A stretch of DNA of 62,114 bases, the filler included, from Hausera hauseri (Eukaryota): NCBI GenBank assembly GCA_046269625.1. It is 10 parts of 10 records of this genome, joined end to end, with 100 filler letters (N's around TTAATTAATTAA, not from the genome) between each part and the next. Parts side by side here need not be neighbours in the genome. Positions count along the whole stretch, not along the records: positions 1 to 8,181 come from JBJURY010743208.1; positions 8,282 to 15,097 come from JBJURY010062884.1; 8 more parts are not named here. The stretch is one strand, 5' to 3'. The position numbers and the translations under genes were made by a program. The stretch's first letter is position 1. Each line of letters opens with the position of its first letter. This document shows positions 1 through 11,662 of this stretch, piece after piece. Under the pieces are notes generated by a model. The model ran no database searches, had not been told where the DNA came from, and saw only the letters and a program-made list of their open reading frames with translations.

Positions 1-86
1 GGACTGCAATAGCTATGTCTACACGGCAGTGTAGTTTTGTCTTGCGTTATTTCCTCGAGGCAGATAGGACATTTTTCTGGTTCCAT
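1..86 (-). CDS. RING finger (C3HC4-type) protein, N-terminal part, truncated by window start; not in ORF track
   Basis: Manual translation from ATG at 86: MEPEKCPICLEEITQDKTTLPCRHSYCS, i.e. CxxC...CxHxxC, the first half of a RING domain. Confidence 0.75.
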   Translation of the reverse strand, partial: MEPEKCPICLEEITQDKTTLPCRHSYCS

Positions 87-283
87 CCTATCTTCGCTTT
101 CGTTTGTGGTTCCGTTTCCTTAAATGGTAGCAATTTATTCCAAGTATTTTCATATTTGTTAATAATCGTAATTTTCTTTTAATAAAAACGACTTCTTCAC
201 GATTCCTCAATTTCACTTATCAAGTCACATGGGAATGTAATAACAAATTTCACAAAATACGATAATCAATTTAATTAAACATT

Positions 284-547
284 TTACAAATTCATCCATC
301 TATCAATCTCTTCTAAGTCATTTCCTGATAAGGAGCAAATAGGGCATACCAGAAAACAATTTGAGTCCATGGTCATAACGCTTATATTGACTTCTTCCCC
401 GCAGTATGCGCATTCGAACATATCTTCCTGATGCTTCATCTTTTCAACAAGACAACATAGTGGGCATGAATTTTTTCTTCCATTGTTAATTTCCGGAGAT
501 TCTTTGCATATGACACATTCTAAAGTAACATTATTAATTCCAATTAT
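284..547 (-). CDS. Small Cys-rich protein with four CxxC pairs (double zinc-ribbon-like); not in ORF track
   Basis: Stop-to-stop frame of 87 aa: ...ECVICKE...SCPLCC...FECAYCGEE...LVCPICS...RWMNL*. No upstream ATG, so it may be expressed by splicing. Confidence 0.55.
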   Translation of the reverse strand: MIGINNVTLECVICKESPEINNGRKNSCPLCCLVEKMKHQEDMFECAYCGEEVNISVMTMDSNCFLVCPICSLSGNDLEEIDRWMNL

Positions 548-677
548 CTAATTTTGTTTAATTTCTATGTTCTGATTTGATATTCAGGCAATTATTCGTT
601 TAACAATTCCTTTTCATTTATTTCTCTGTTTTAACAATGATGTTCTAAGTCGGTTTTCAACATTTATTAATTAACTA

Positions 678-968
678 TCACAAGGGCATATATACCAGCC
701 CGTTGGGTCCGAATACATACAGGTCATTTGGATCTCCATCTACTTCAGTTACTTCTTCCTCTTCTTGATCATCAGGGATCACAACTACTGTAATACCCCA
801 ACACTGATATGATGTGACCTTCCTCCTACAGAATGGGCATGACTGGTTTTTTGCTAACCAGTTATCAGCACAACGGGTACACATGATATGTGTACATCTG
901 AGCAATGCGTATTTTCTCCCGAGGGGTCCAAAGCATATGTCGCAAGGTGTAGTTCCTAAAATTACCAA
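678..968 (-). CDS. RING finger (C3HC4) protein with acidic tail
   Basis: CDIC...CTHIMCTRC..W...CPFC, the full RING-HC spacing, followed by DDQEEEEV. Confidence 0.8.
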   Translation of the reverse strand: MVILGTTPCDICFGPLGRKYALLRCTHIMCTRCADNWLAKNQSCPFCRRKVTSYQCWGITVVVIPDDQEEEEVTEVDGDPNDLYVFGPNGLVYMPL

Positions 969-1073
969 GACTAAAGTTTACTATGGTGCTAAATGTATTT
1001 TACAATAGGATATCAATTCATTTATCTTGATGCTCCATTTCTTACATCCAAATCCTTATAACCATTATGTGCT

Positions 1074-1090
1074 CCTCACTCGGGGCACCA
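1074..1090 (-). promoter_or_regulatory. Retroelement primer-binding site complementary to elongator tRNA-Met 3' end
   Basis: Minus strand reads TGGTGCCCCGAGTGAGG. The plus strand CCTCACTCGGGGCACCA resembles the 3' end of animal elongator tRNA-Met including the non-templated CCA. Confidence 0.7.
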
Positions 1091-1243
1091 GTTTATATGT
1101 TAGTATGCCGATATAATATTTCTACAGGTTAGTACACACTAACATATAAATGATTATTTTCATTTTTGTTAGTCATGTGAAGTATTTTCTTATGTCATCC
1201 TTTAAATCCGTGAGTTCTTGGGGCGGTCTGATCCATGTTAAGA

Positions 1244-1327
1244 TCCGGCGCCCTTTTACTTTCAAATTTCTATGTTCAAATATTTTCCGGCGCCCTTTTA
1301 CTTTCAAATTTCTATGTTTAAATATTT
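1244..1327. repeat. Two-copy 42-bp tandem duplication
   Basis: ccggcgcccttttactttcaaatttctatgtt occurs at 1245 and 1287. Confidence 0.9.
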
Positions 1328-1399
1328 CTTTCTTGCTATAAGATTTGGTACCGCTTTTACCATATAATCCGTTATTATTCCTTCTTTATTTGTTTTAGC

Positions 1400-2300
1400 C
1401 CTATCAAAGGGTTATAAGTCGTAAGATTATGAACTTAAATTCAATAAGATCAATGAGGTCCATGGGGTTAAAAACCAAGTAATATTTGATAACATTGCTC
1501 GTGTTTATGCTTATGAATTGGAACTGATTTTTATTAGTTATATCTTATCTCTATTATTCGTCTCATAGTTTCTTTTTCGCATTCCGTCAGTTAGGACGTA
1601 CGTTTTCTATCGTATGTCAACAGTTTTCTAGATTACTCTAATATTAGAAATCTTCAGTATGAAAGTTTGGATAACCCAGTTATAAATTTTATCTGTTATA
1701 CCTTTGTTGGTCTTTTGGTTTGTCCTTTAGTTACAATATGGTTGTAACTATACGCTGATATCTCTATTAATACCTTCTTGACCAGGGTTTATTTACATGT
1801 GCAATTCATTCATATGACTCTATAGGATTCGTCTATTCGCTTTGTTTCTCTCAGTATATGAGATATATTCTTACGTTTACAATGCGTATTTCTTCTGTCC
1901 AGGGTTACCCCTTTACTCATAGTCATTGTAAGTGTGCCTGGAACTAAATATTTCATTGCTCTGAATTTCAGCGTATTTCGCATCTTCAAACCATCTCTTA
2001 GCCATACCTATTTCACCTTTTGATCAAAAGAGCAATAACTTCTATCTTCAATATAAATGTGCCAAAATACTCAAGTTTATTCTTTTATTATTTAAATTTT
2101 GTTCATAATTTCTTCAGTCGTACCTAATCCTTTCATTCCTCGATTTTGGGGAATCAACACGTAGTATGTTTAATTGATTGTATATTATACCAAAATCCTC
2201 ATTATTAGGTACGCCTTATTGATGCTATCTACCTCTAAAATATTCATATAATGGGGTTCGAGAGGCCTTTCACTTTCATGTTTTAATCTTGCACAAAATT
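1400..2300 (-). pseudogene. Heavily decayed relative of the retroelement exonuclease-like accessory ORF
   Basis: Fragments LKIEVIALLIK and KVLIEISAYSYN...KFITGLSK occur in the same order as LEFRVVTLPVK and IPIEISIRGEN...EVTGIKQ of ORF 11582-12592. Confidence 0.35.
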
Positions 2301-3364
2301 TGAAATTTTTATTTAAATTTACAATACAAAATTTTATTCTTTGTATAAATGATTAACTACTCCACCACACACATTGGACAATACACTACTACAATGATCC
2401 CTAATTTATGCCAACAAACAAAGTTTTAATCTCTGTTAATATTTTACACGTCCTATAGACTACACCGTAGGCAAGAATGAAAATCTTTCAAAATGACCAT
2501 CATTGTTAGTATATATTTATCGAACATATCAATCCCGTCTCTATATGTTCTACAATGGTGTTAATATAAAAGAAACTATTGCTCAATCGGGACTTTTCAT
2601 TGCTGTACCAAGTTTCACACTTAAAATAAGATCAAACTCTATCCAGCAATTTAACCAAACATCAAAAGTTCAGTAAAGATAAATTGGTCGAATTGACAAG
2701 TTAATTTGCTAATCCTCGAATTTGTGATTTTTCAGTCTAAATACATGCCTTACTTATTGAATGGGGTACTTTTGTCATTAGGGGTTTCACATGTCACTAT
2801 TTCAACTGATGACGGACACCTTTAGATTTTTACATTAGATTTCTCTATCAATCTGATCGAACTTTCTATTCCGTTAGACGTTGAATCATCAATTTAGGTC
2901 TGAAGGTTTGATCTTTCATTTGAATGTTTCAAATTATCATTATTCGTATCGATTTTTGACTCATAATGATGGCCATTACCACAATCATTCACATAAAATT
3001 CTTTAAACGTCTTTTAACACGCAATTCTGTCCCTTTCTTGACGCGAAGAGGGTAAATCAAATACAATTGTCCGTATATTATCAAACTGTATATTTCATTA
3101 GTATATAAAAGTCGCATTTTAAAATAAGGTAGAATAAATTTTGAGAAATATAAAATAAGTTCCAAATGATCGACAATTAATTTGAAAATACTTAAATTTA
3201 ATTACTTGTAATAACAAATTATAGAAATAATCACACCCAACGACTATGAGGTTGTGTACGAGCGTAATAACAACAACCGTTAACACTAGTCATTATAACA
3301 TCTGAATTATTTCACTTACGTGTGACCATCGGGCCACGACTCTCTCAACTCCGGGCATTATTAT

Positions 3365-3531
3365 TATCCCACATAATCCGTCCTACATTGTAGTTGATGT
3401 CACGCAGCGGATTTCGAGTCGCAGTTACCATGAGCAGATTTGTTGCTATCCCACATAATCCGTCCTACATTGTAGTTGATGTCACGCGGCGGATTTCGAG
3501 TCGCAGTTACCATGAGCAGATTTGTTGCTAT
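3365..3531. repeat. Two-copy 82-bp tandem duplication
   Basis: tatcccacataatccgtcctacattgtagttgatgtcacgc...gttgc repeated, with 1 mismatch seen. Confidence 0.9.
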
Positions 3532-4283
3532 CGTCGTATCGTCGTTGATTTTCATCTGGCATCATTAAATTCTTTAAAACCTACTCACCTTTCAGTCACC
3601 ATAGTAGGAGTCAATTATAATTTATTAAATCATAAATTTTATTTATAAAAATATATTTACATATACAAAATCGTACAAAATTCATAAATTTTAAACAATG
3701 ACAAATATGGGATGAATAAACATTTACCCGTTGTCTCTTGTTGAGTATTTAATTCTTCTGTTCGTCGTCCGGCCATATCGAGCTTTGACGCCAAAAAATA
3801 ATTTTGATAATTTGGTAATTTGTAATGAATGTCCTCAGTTATTGGTTTCTGTTTCTTCCTGACAATCCGGAATCGAATATTTTAACTATCTATTGCAATT
3901 ATATAGATGTGTATATATACGTTCAAACCTATAACCAACCTTTTATGGCTATAGGGAAAATCCTCTTCAATTATAATGCAAGAGCTTCAAACTAATAATT
4001 GTATAAGCAAGTAACGAAAAATTTTTTGGTTGGTTCTGTTAAATCGTCTGCCCTTTTATAGTTGCTTTTCAATTCTAGAAAATGATTTTGAAAATTTAAT
4101 TTCCTGCTTGATTTCCTATTTTCTTTTAAATTCTTAATTGAATTTTGAAATTAATTTTGATTTTGGCTTACCACATTAGATGTTTTCAGGAAATTGATTT
4201 CCTGTTCTTGTCCCGTTTTCTAAAATCAATTTTAGAATTCGTCAGACACTAATTTCTCGATAGACATTAGTTTCCTCTTTCTA

Positions 4284-4370
4284 TAATGCTTCACGGGACC
4301 ACATATCCGTTCTAATTTACCTTACCATTACGCTAATGCTTCACAGGACCACATATCCGTTCTAATTTAC
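4284..4370. repeat. Direct duplication, period 50 bp
   Basis: taatgcttcac(g/a)ggaccacatatccgttctaatttac at 4284 and 4334. Confidence 0.85.
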
Positions 4371-4675
4371 ATTACTACTACACCAATCTCCGGATGTTTC
4401 TGTCTACCTTAGTCTCTATTTTTCACAGAAATACATGTATCATGAGTGACTGTTACGATTTGAGAATCGTTGTTTAATTAGAATGGTTTTTTGTTTAATT
4501 AAAAAAAATATTCAATCATCCCATACTGTCGGCTGTTCATGGTTACAGTTTATGTACATGCAGCAGTGAAGGAATAGATACCCATCAAAGGGTTTTAACA
4601 TAAACTAAGAACTAAGAATTGAGATGTCAAAATATTTATTAATTATAAAAAAAATTCACAAAATTCACATGTTAA

Positions 4676-4744
4676 GGTGTAAAAAGAGTTCGAATGTCAA
4701 AGTGATTATGGTGTAAAAAGAGTTCAAATGTCAAAGTGATTATA
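4676..4744. repeat. Two-copy 34-bp tandem duplication
   Basis: ggtgtaaaaagagttc(g/a)aatgtcaaagtgattat twice. Confidence 0.9.
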
Positions 4745-6530
4745 GGGTTTTCAAATTGTTTCTCTGATTATGCGAGGAGTCGGTCGAATCAGTTTAAGCC
4801 TCAACACTCGTTAAATTAAAAACAAATTCGTTAATGTTATCCATATGATTTGCAAGACGAAGCATCTGAAGAATTTATATAACGTTCGCATAATAAAATT
4901 CCTCTAACATCACTTACATCCTTATTAAAATATGGGACTATATTCATTATTTTACCACTGAACATGAATTTTATTGAATTCAACTCACAAATTTTCTTAA
5001 TTTTTAATAATTGTTCATTGTATTTGAAACTACAAGAATATAAACTTACTTTAATATTAATCACAGCTTTATTGGAATATAAAATTCTTTTCTCTATTTT
5101 ACTATTTAATCCAATACTCGTCACTTAGTTTTAAATTTTTCTCAATCTCAAATAATAGTTCATTAATTATGAAAATGAACAAAATTATGCTCAACTTAGT
5201 TTGTAAAATACATACAACCATTCTGATTCCCTCTAACATACAAGCAACTTTTCTCATGAAACAACCCACATCAACAATTGTGAAACGGAAAAATCAAGAA
5301 CAACTAACGATATAATTAGAACAATCTCTAACCGCTTTAAACCTCAATTCACACGTAATCAATATTTTTTCGCCAATGCTATTTTTGTCATTATCTATCA
5401 AAGAGTCAGACTCAACTTTGGCATTTTCATTGCCTGTTTCTTCAATTTTAACATACTTGTCTTTTCTAACTTTTTATCGGTTTTGTCTTTGTTAATATGT
5501 TTAATACTTTCACTTTTCAAATTTTGTCCGGTATCGTATATTAAATGTTTTGTCTGTTATTGTCAAACCCTTGATGGTATCCCTACCATTACTGTCATTT
5601 GTAAGATAATTGTTACCTAAAGTGGAAAAAATAACCATGCAATTAAATAATGAAACAGAATTTTAGTAAAAGGTAATTTTTAAAACAAATTCAAATGATA
5701 TTGCGAAATACGCGAAGAATATTGTTTCACTTGATCTATTAGAATTGCTAATTTATAAAAGTTACAAAATTGTCCAAGTCAATTTACAAAATTAATTAAA
5801 CCAGATGACTAGTCACCCATCATACGACCTGAGACATACAAAATACATAATTTTGGAAATTCTCTATTGATTCATACGAACCACCAAAATTTGGAAATTC
5901 CCTATTAAGACGTATAAGTCACGAAAATTTAAAATCCACTATCGATTTGCATGAGACACGAAAGTTTCAAAATTTCTCCCTACCAATTCATGCGATAGTG
6001 ACAATTTCTAAAATCTCAATTGGATAACGAATTAGATATCAAAATTCTCAATAATGATTTAGGAATTTCCAAAATTGGACTATCAAAGTTGATTAAATTG
6101 TTGTAGGTAATATATGGTAATATCTGAAAATCAGGGAGGGAACAATTCAAAAGTAGTTTGAACTTGTTGTTTCATCACACTGTTATATAGTAAATGAATC
6201 ATCACATCATTAATGTTATTATTGTAGGTCTCGGGCGCATCCACGCCGTCCACATCGTCGCCTAGCTTGCGTAAGTTTGGAAAATCCCCGACTACTGGCA
6301 TGTCCGCTTAAGCATAATTTGATCTTTTGTAATTACTCATTGCAAAGTAACACCAGTTTTTAAAAATCATGTTGTATCTCAAAATACTCATTTGAAAAAA
6401 ACTTTTCGAAAATTCCAAAATAAAGTTATACTTTTAATATTACATTTTTAATTTAAATTCATGGTCAAATTTATAACATTTAAAAATGTTTCTAATTTAA
6501 ATTTAGAATTTCCGTTCTCGATTATATCCT

Positions 6531-6548
6531 CACATTCCCCTTTTTTAA
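6531..6548 (-). promoter_or_regulatory. Polypurine tract and start of a 3' LTR
   Basis: Minus strand AAAAAAGGGGAA-TGTGAG lies directly downstream of the integrase remnant. Confidence 0.6.
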
Positions 6549-6549
6549 G

Positions 6550-7100
6550 AATCTTTGTAGTTTCTCGACGTTTCTCTCCAAGGTTTGGCTATCTTCATGT
6601 CGTAGTACGCATCGCTTGTCGTGAACTTTCTTAATGATCGTGAACGGGCCTTCGTATTTGTCTTTCGCCTTTGTTCCCGATTCCTTCCGTACCAGCACCC
6701 GATCCCCTACTTCAAACGTCCTTTTAACTGTGGATCCTTCCTGACCCTGTGTGTTCCTTTCTTCCGTTCCCTCTTTTTGTCCATACCGTCTTTCTCTATA
6801 TATCTTTCTTCCAAATATTATCTCTGCTGGGCTTTTACCCGTCGTTCAACGTAAATTCTATTTCTGTTCGTGTGTCCTCCCAGTCCACTCTCGATTTTTC
6901 TGCTATCGTGGCATTTATATATTCCCTGATTGTTTGAAATTGTCGCTCGATTATGCCATTTGTTTTGTGGTGGTATGGGCTTGAGTAGCACACTTTTATA
7001 TACATTGATGACGCCATGTCTTTTATCAATTTTGACCCAACTGCTTTCTCGCAGTCTGTATGTGTTTCTTTTGATGCTCCGTATTTGAAGATCCATTTCT
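6550..7100 (-). pseudogene. Ty3/Gypsy integrase C-terminal remnant
   Basis: SSPYHHKTNGIIERQFQTI...W...IEFTLN (rve catalytic Glu region), then a GPY/F-like segment. Confidence 0.7.
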
Positions 7101-7309
7101 TTTCTATCTCTGCTTTGATGGTTGCTTCGTCTTGCCTCGATATAGCAATTAGGATTTGGTGTCTACTGTCCTGATCTATCATTGCTAAAATGTATCTTTT
7201 TTCTCCATGTCTCCTTTATTGGTCCACAGATATCTATATTTTCTCGAATGGCTTGTTTGCTGATTAGTTCACTGCTTCTTCCTTCATGCTCGTTGTCAAG
7301 GTTTTACTT

Positions 7310-7830
7310 CGAAGTCTCTGTAAAGCTCGACATGACAATAAACCAAGAAAAGTCAAAATTATCTCAAAGAAAGATATCGTTCCTGGGACACATACTAGAA
7401 GAATGCACTATGAAACCCTATACTGTTCGATTCCAGACTATCATAAAACGAAAAGAACCATAATCCAAAAGTGAAATGGATAAAATAATCGGTCAATTCG
7501 CCTACTACGCTAATGGTATCCCAAAATGCTCCGAACATACAAGCCAGCTGACATCTGAAAAAGAAACACTTTCTCATAAAGGATTAACCGAAAAGTCAAA
7601 AAGTCACTCATAACACTTAAGAAACTTCTTAAAGAAGTAACCCTCCGCTCCATCAATTAATTTCTCCAACTAACAATGGAAACCGATGCATTATATAGAG
7701 CACTACGCGGAATACTTTCTAAATCCAGTAAACCAGTCACATTTTACTCCCGAACTCTGCACAAAGCGGAAAAACAACAGACCATCACACAACGAGAAGC
7801 TTGCACCATCACCGAATGCTGCAAAAATGG
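7310..7830 (+). pseudogene. Ty3/Gypsy RT / RNase H remnant, opposite strand to the adjacent integrase
   Basis: INQEKSK...ISFLGHI (RT end) and METDA...KPVTFYSRTLHKAEK...ITQREA (RNase H). Confidence 0.7.
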
Positions 7831-8181
7831 AATTACTAAATACAGTCAGTTCCTTTCGTTAATATTATCACAGACCAATAAACCGTATCCCTTATACTCG
7901 GCAATTATAACTTTTATAAGTGAAAAATAATTTAACATTAAAAATTGAAAATGTCTTTGGAAATCTATTATTTTTTCTACTTATAATAAAAATTTCTTAA
8001 CACAAATGTCTCGTTCTGGAGTTTGTGATACTAATTGTCGACGCAACCTTTCAATATGCAAACGAAAAGAACAAATTCAGCCTTCGCTCCATTTCATTAA
8101 GTGAGGATCCTGTTGAGAATTAAAATTCCAAACTCGAGAACAAGACATTTCTGTTAAGAAATTTGAAATAAAAATTTTGAT

Positions 8182-8281
8182 NNNNNNNNNNNNNNNNNNN
8201 NNNNNNNNNNNNNNNNNNNNNNNNNTTAATTAATTAANNNNNNNNNNNNNNNNNNNNNNNNNNNNNNNNNNNNNNNNNNNN
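8182..8281. other. Artificial contig linker (also at 15098-15197, 22705-22804, 27077-27176, 33220-33319, 37393-37492, 47820-47919, 52974-53073, 57081-57180)
   Basis: Identical N44-TTAATTAATTAA-N44 blocks that place stop codons in all six frames. Confidence 0.97.
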
Positions 8282-9126
8282 ATTGTGTCTAATTTGGATT
8301 TATTATGGTCTACAGTAAAAATATGTTTAAAAGAATTAATTGTATATAGTATTTCAGTAAAATGATACTACAGTATATGAATATACATTACTTCGTAATC
8401 TTTATAGTGTTTAACAACTTATCAGACAACTTATTTAATAGTTTATTGGTCAAATACTTAGCTGTTTGAAAAGTTGTAAAACCAACAATGTAGCAGTTCT
8501 TTGGTGACAGCCTTTAAATATAAAGTTACATATACAGAAGATTCTGCTGACATTAATGCATTTTGTTTCTAGCAGTCAAACTATAGGAGCGCTTATACGA
8601 AAAAACTAATGAATATTAAGTGTGCTACATCCAAACAATATAAATAAACATCTGTTTTGAGAACTTTCCCACTGATCCCTTTTCCCTACCATAATCGTCA
8701 ATAAACGAAATTTATTCGTCAATATGTCGAAATAAAACTTTGAGATCCCCCAACGTCGTATTTATTTGAATTCTTTCGAAAATACTTCCGTTTATTGCAT
8801 ATTTCTATGAAGCAAAGAGAAAAAATGACTTTTGAATAAACATGTACAATCAGGTGATTTTATCTTACAGTACAAGCACTGAGAGGACCAGGGTGGTCCC
8901 GTAAAAAAAAATTTCCAGTTTTATTTTTCAAGATATGCCGTGTTATATTCTTCGAAAATCCAAAACGCTGTTTCTTGCAAGCGCGATAAAAAATTAAACT
9001 ATTTACACAAAAATTGCACAACCTGACTTTTCTGTGTATGTTAGTTATGGAACTGTGAATTGATCATAGTTTCTCATCTGTTTTCATTTTGTTTGGCATT
9101 TCAATTAATTTATGTTACGTAATTCT

Positions 9127-10100
9127 ATATTGATGTAAATAAATGGGTAAATGCCTGTGACGTATGTGCAACCAAGCAAAAGAAGACGAAAATTACATGA
9201 CCGAATTAAAACCAATTGAGGTACCCGATATGCCCATGCAAGCCATGTCGATGGATATTGTAGGACCTCTTCCTACAACTTACAAGAACAATAAGTATAT
9301 CTTAACTTGTATTGATCGATTAACTCATTTCGTCGAGTTCATAGTACTAATTGATCAAAGGGCAGAAACCTTGGCAGAAGCCGTAGTAAAAAAAATCATA
9401 TGTCGATATGGATCCCCAGATCAGATACTCACAGATCGAGGAAGAAATTTTACCAGTCAACTTTTTAAGAAGATTTCCAAAATATTTGAAATCGAAAGGT
9501 TAACAATTACTGCATATCATCCTCAATGTAATGGAATGGTGGAACGAATGAACGCAGCCGTCATACGCATATTATCAACAGTAGTAGCAAAGGACCAAAA
9601 AAATTGGGATGAGTTTCTGGAAGGAACCCAATTTGCGATTAATACTACACCACACCCGGCGACAGGATTTACACCATTCTTTATGATGTATAGACGTGAA
9701 GCCTTGTTACCCACGGACTGAGAACTGACGCCATACACGGTTAACCTCGAAGATTTAGAACAAAACTTCGCAGAAGTATTACAAACGCGATTGCAAAAGT
9801 GTTGGGAAATCGCCAAAGAATTATCCCGAGAATATCAAGAGCAGTTTAAAAAGCAATACGATAAGAAAGCAAAACCACATGATATAGAACAAAGAAATTG
9901 GGTTTATGTACATTACCCAGTAGCCAAGAAAGGCACCTCATTAAAATTAACTCGCACAGGCAGAGGACCGTACGAAGTTACCAAAGTTACGCCAACTACA
10001 ATATATATCAACAAAAATGGAAAGGAAGAAGTTGTATGAGTACAAAGAGTTGTCAAGACAGAGATACGACCCAATAAACGTTATAATTTACGCTAACGCA
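9127..10100 (+). pseudogene. Gypsy integrase (Zn finger end, DDE core, GPY/F), with stops and frameshift
   Basis: CDVC; SMDIVGPLP; ILTDRGRNFTS; TAYHPQCNGMVERMN; RGPYEV. Confidence 0.92.
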
Positions 10101-10120
10101 AAATAAAAACTTCCTCAATA

Positions 10121-11545
10121 GTGGCTAGACCGATATCGTACGTTCAGATAGTTTTAGCATTATCACTAATTGTTTCTTATATTCCGGGAACAAATCTCAA
10201 TGGTGGCACGACGAATTTACGCCAGGATATGTATATGGAATTCAGAAAAGTGGATCAAAATTGGAAATTGTCAAAACAGAAAAGAAACCGACAGCCGAAG
10301 AAATTCAAAAACAAGAAAACACCAAATTATTACAATCCATGACAATTCATTATTATTCGCCAAACTCCGTATGCGTTGGATTTAAAGCTTGGAAACTACA
10401 TCACGATTCAGGAAGACTTCAAATTGTCTTACTTGACGTAACCACAAAAGAAGCAAAAAATTGTGATTTTAAACCTGGAGATTACATGCAGTGTTGCGAC
10501 ATAAAGTTTGGACGCACTTATAACCTCACCTGTCGCTTATACTTACCAGACTTGTCCGAAGTATATATTGAAACGAAACCACAATTCCAATTAGTCGTCC
10601 CTGCATGGAACCGACATCACGGGGTGAAACCAAACGAAATGCTACAATCCACTGACCCAGATATAAGAATATTAGACGAAAATATCAAAAGAATCTCTGT
10701 GAATAAGGACAAACAATGCATTCAAGTAAATGCCCAAACAGGATTAACTATTAGTCAGGAAATTAGCATCACATTTGAAGCAACAGTTGGACCGACTCCG
10801 AATATAGGATATTGTTCTATCCGTGCAGGCGTGCAACATCTATGCTGCAGAAGTCCTGTGAACCAAGAATTTAAGATAAAATTCGATTGATATTAAGTAC
10901 GGCCTAACAAACCAAGTGTAAAACTCCGAACTTACTATCCAGAAAATAAAATTTGGAAAATTTCAGTGGAAACAACCACCAGAAGACCGACTACTCGGGT
11001 TGATGCTATTACGAGAACCGCTACGTCGGGCAGTATGTCTAAAAGAAAATTAGGAAGCACACCTATTAAATATTCGGCGCATCAATCTAAGATTGTTTTC
11101 TTTGTGGAGGAAAAACAAAACTACTATATACACATAAGTTGCGAACAACGTAAAATAATCACATTGTAATGTTATCTAAAAACACTTATCAAACAGAAAG
11201 CAATTTACTGAAACCACAATCTGAATACATAGTACAAGTGCATGCAGAGAACAAACAAATCCAAACAATGACATTGCATACCTTAGCCGAAATTCACGCA
11301 AGATCGCATACATACAAAGATATGGACGACGAAACTACAACGTCATTTACTACTCGAGCACCACTAGGATTAACTACCTTACCAATTGCATCTATTGCAG
11401 CACTGTCAACGTTTGTCCTCATCATATTAATTGCGATTTTTCGATTAGTTACCAAAAATTGTTATTCTAAGTGTCCTAAAAATTCAGAATAGGAATTAAG
11501 GAAATTGGAAAAACCTGTAGACCCATATGATAAAATAACCTCACA
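10121..11545 (+). pseudogene. Env-position type I membrane protein: signal peptide, Cys-rich FN3-like ectodomain, TM helix (frameshifted)
   Basis: Hydrophobic IVLALSLIVSYIP; FN3-like F-strand motifs IKFGRTYNLTCR and LKPQSEYIVQVHA; TM IASIAALSTFVLIILIAIF; tail motif YDKI. Confidence 0.65.
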
Positions 11546-11613
11546 ATTAGAGAACAGGTTATTCTGTCATCAAACAAAGAATTGGTTTGGTTTAAAGCCA
11601 TACTTTGTTTTAA

Positions 11614-11650
11614 GATTAACCTTTATGTTTTCTTTTTCAGACTGGTAAGT
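11614..11650 (+). promoter_or_regulatory. Branch point, polypyrimidine tract, 3' splice acceptor, 4-nt exon and 5' donor
   Basis: gattaac-ctttatgttttctttttCAG|ACTG|GTAAGT; the same layout is present in copy B. Confidence 0.65.
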
Positions 11651-11662
11651 AGTCAGATTCGA

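Noticed and set aside
1092-1150. 13-bp inverted repeat beside the PBS as a terminator
   Set aside because: AT-rich, long loop, eukaryotic context; a small inversion or chance match is equally likely.
3365-4744. Direct repeats as a CRISPR array
   Set aside because: Only two copies each, no unique spacers, no cas genes, eukaryotic context.
8182-8281. Recurrent TTAATTAATTAA palindrome as a biological repeat
   Set aside because: Always centred in identical N runs. It is a six-frame-stop assembly linker, so adjacency across linkers carries no meaning.
11582-11662. Hydrophobic N-termini of ORFs 11582, 29410 and 52128 as signal peptides
   Set aside because: They are translations of splice-acceptor pyrimidine tracts.
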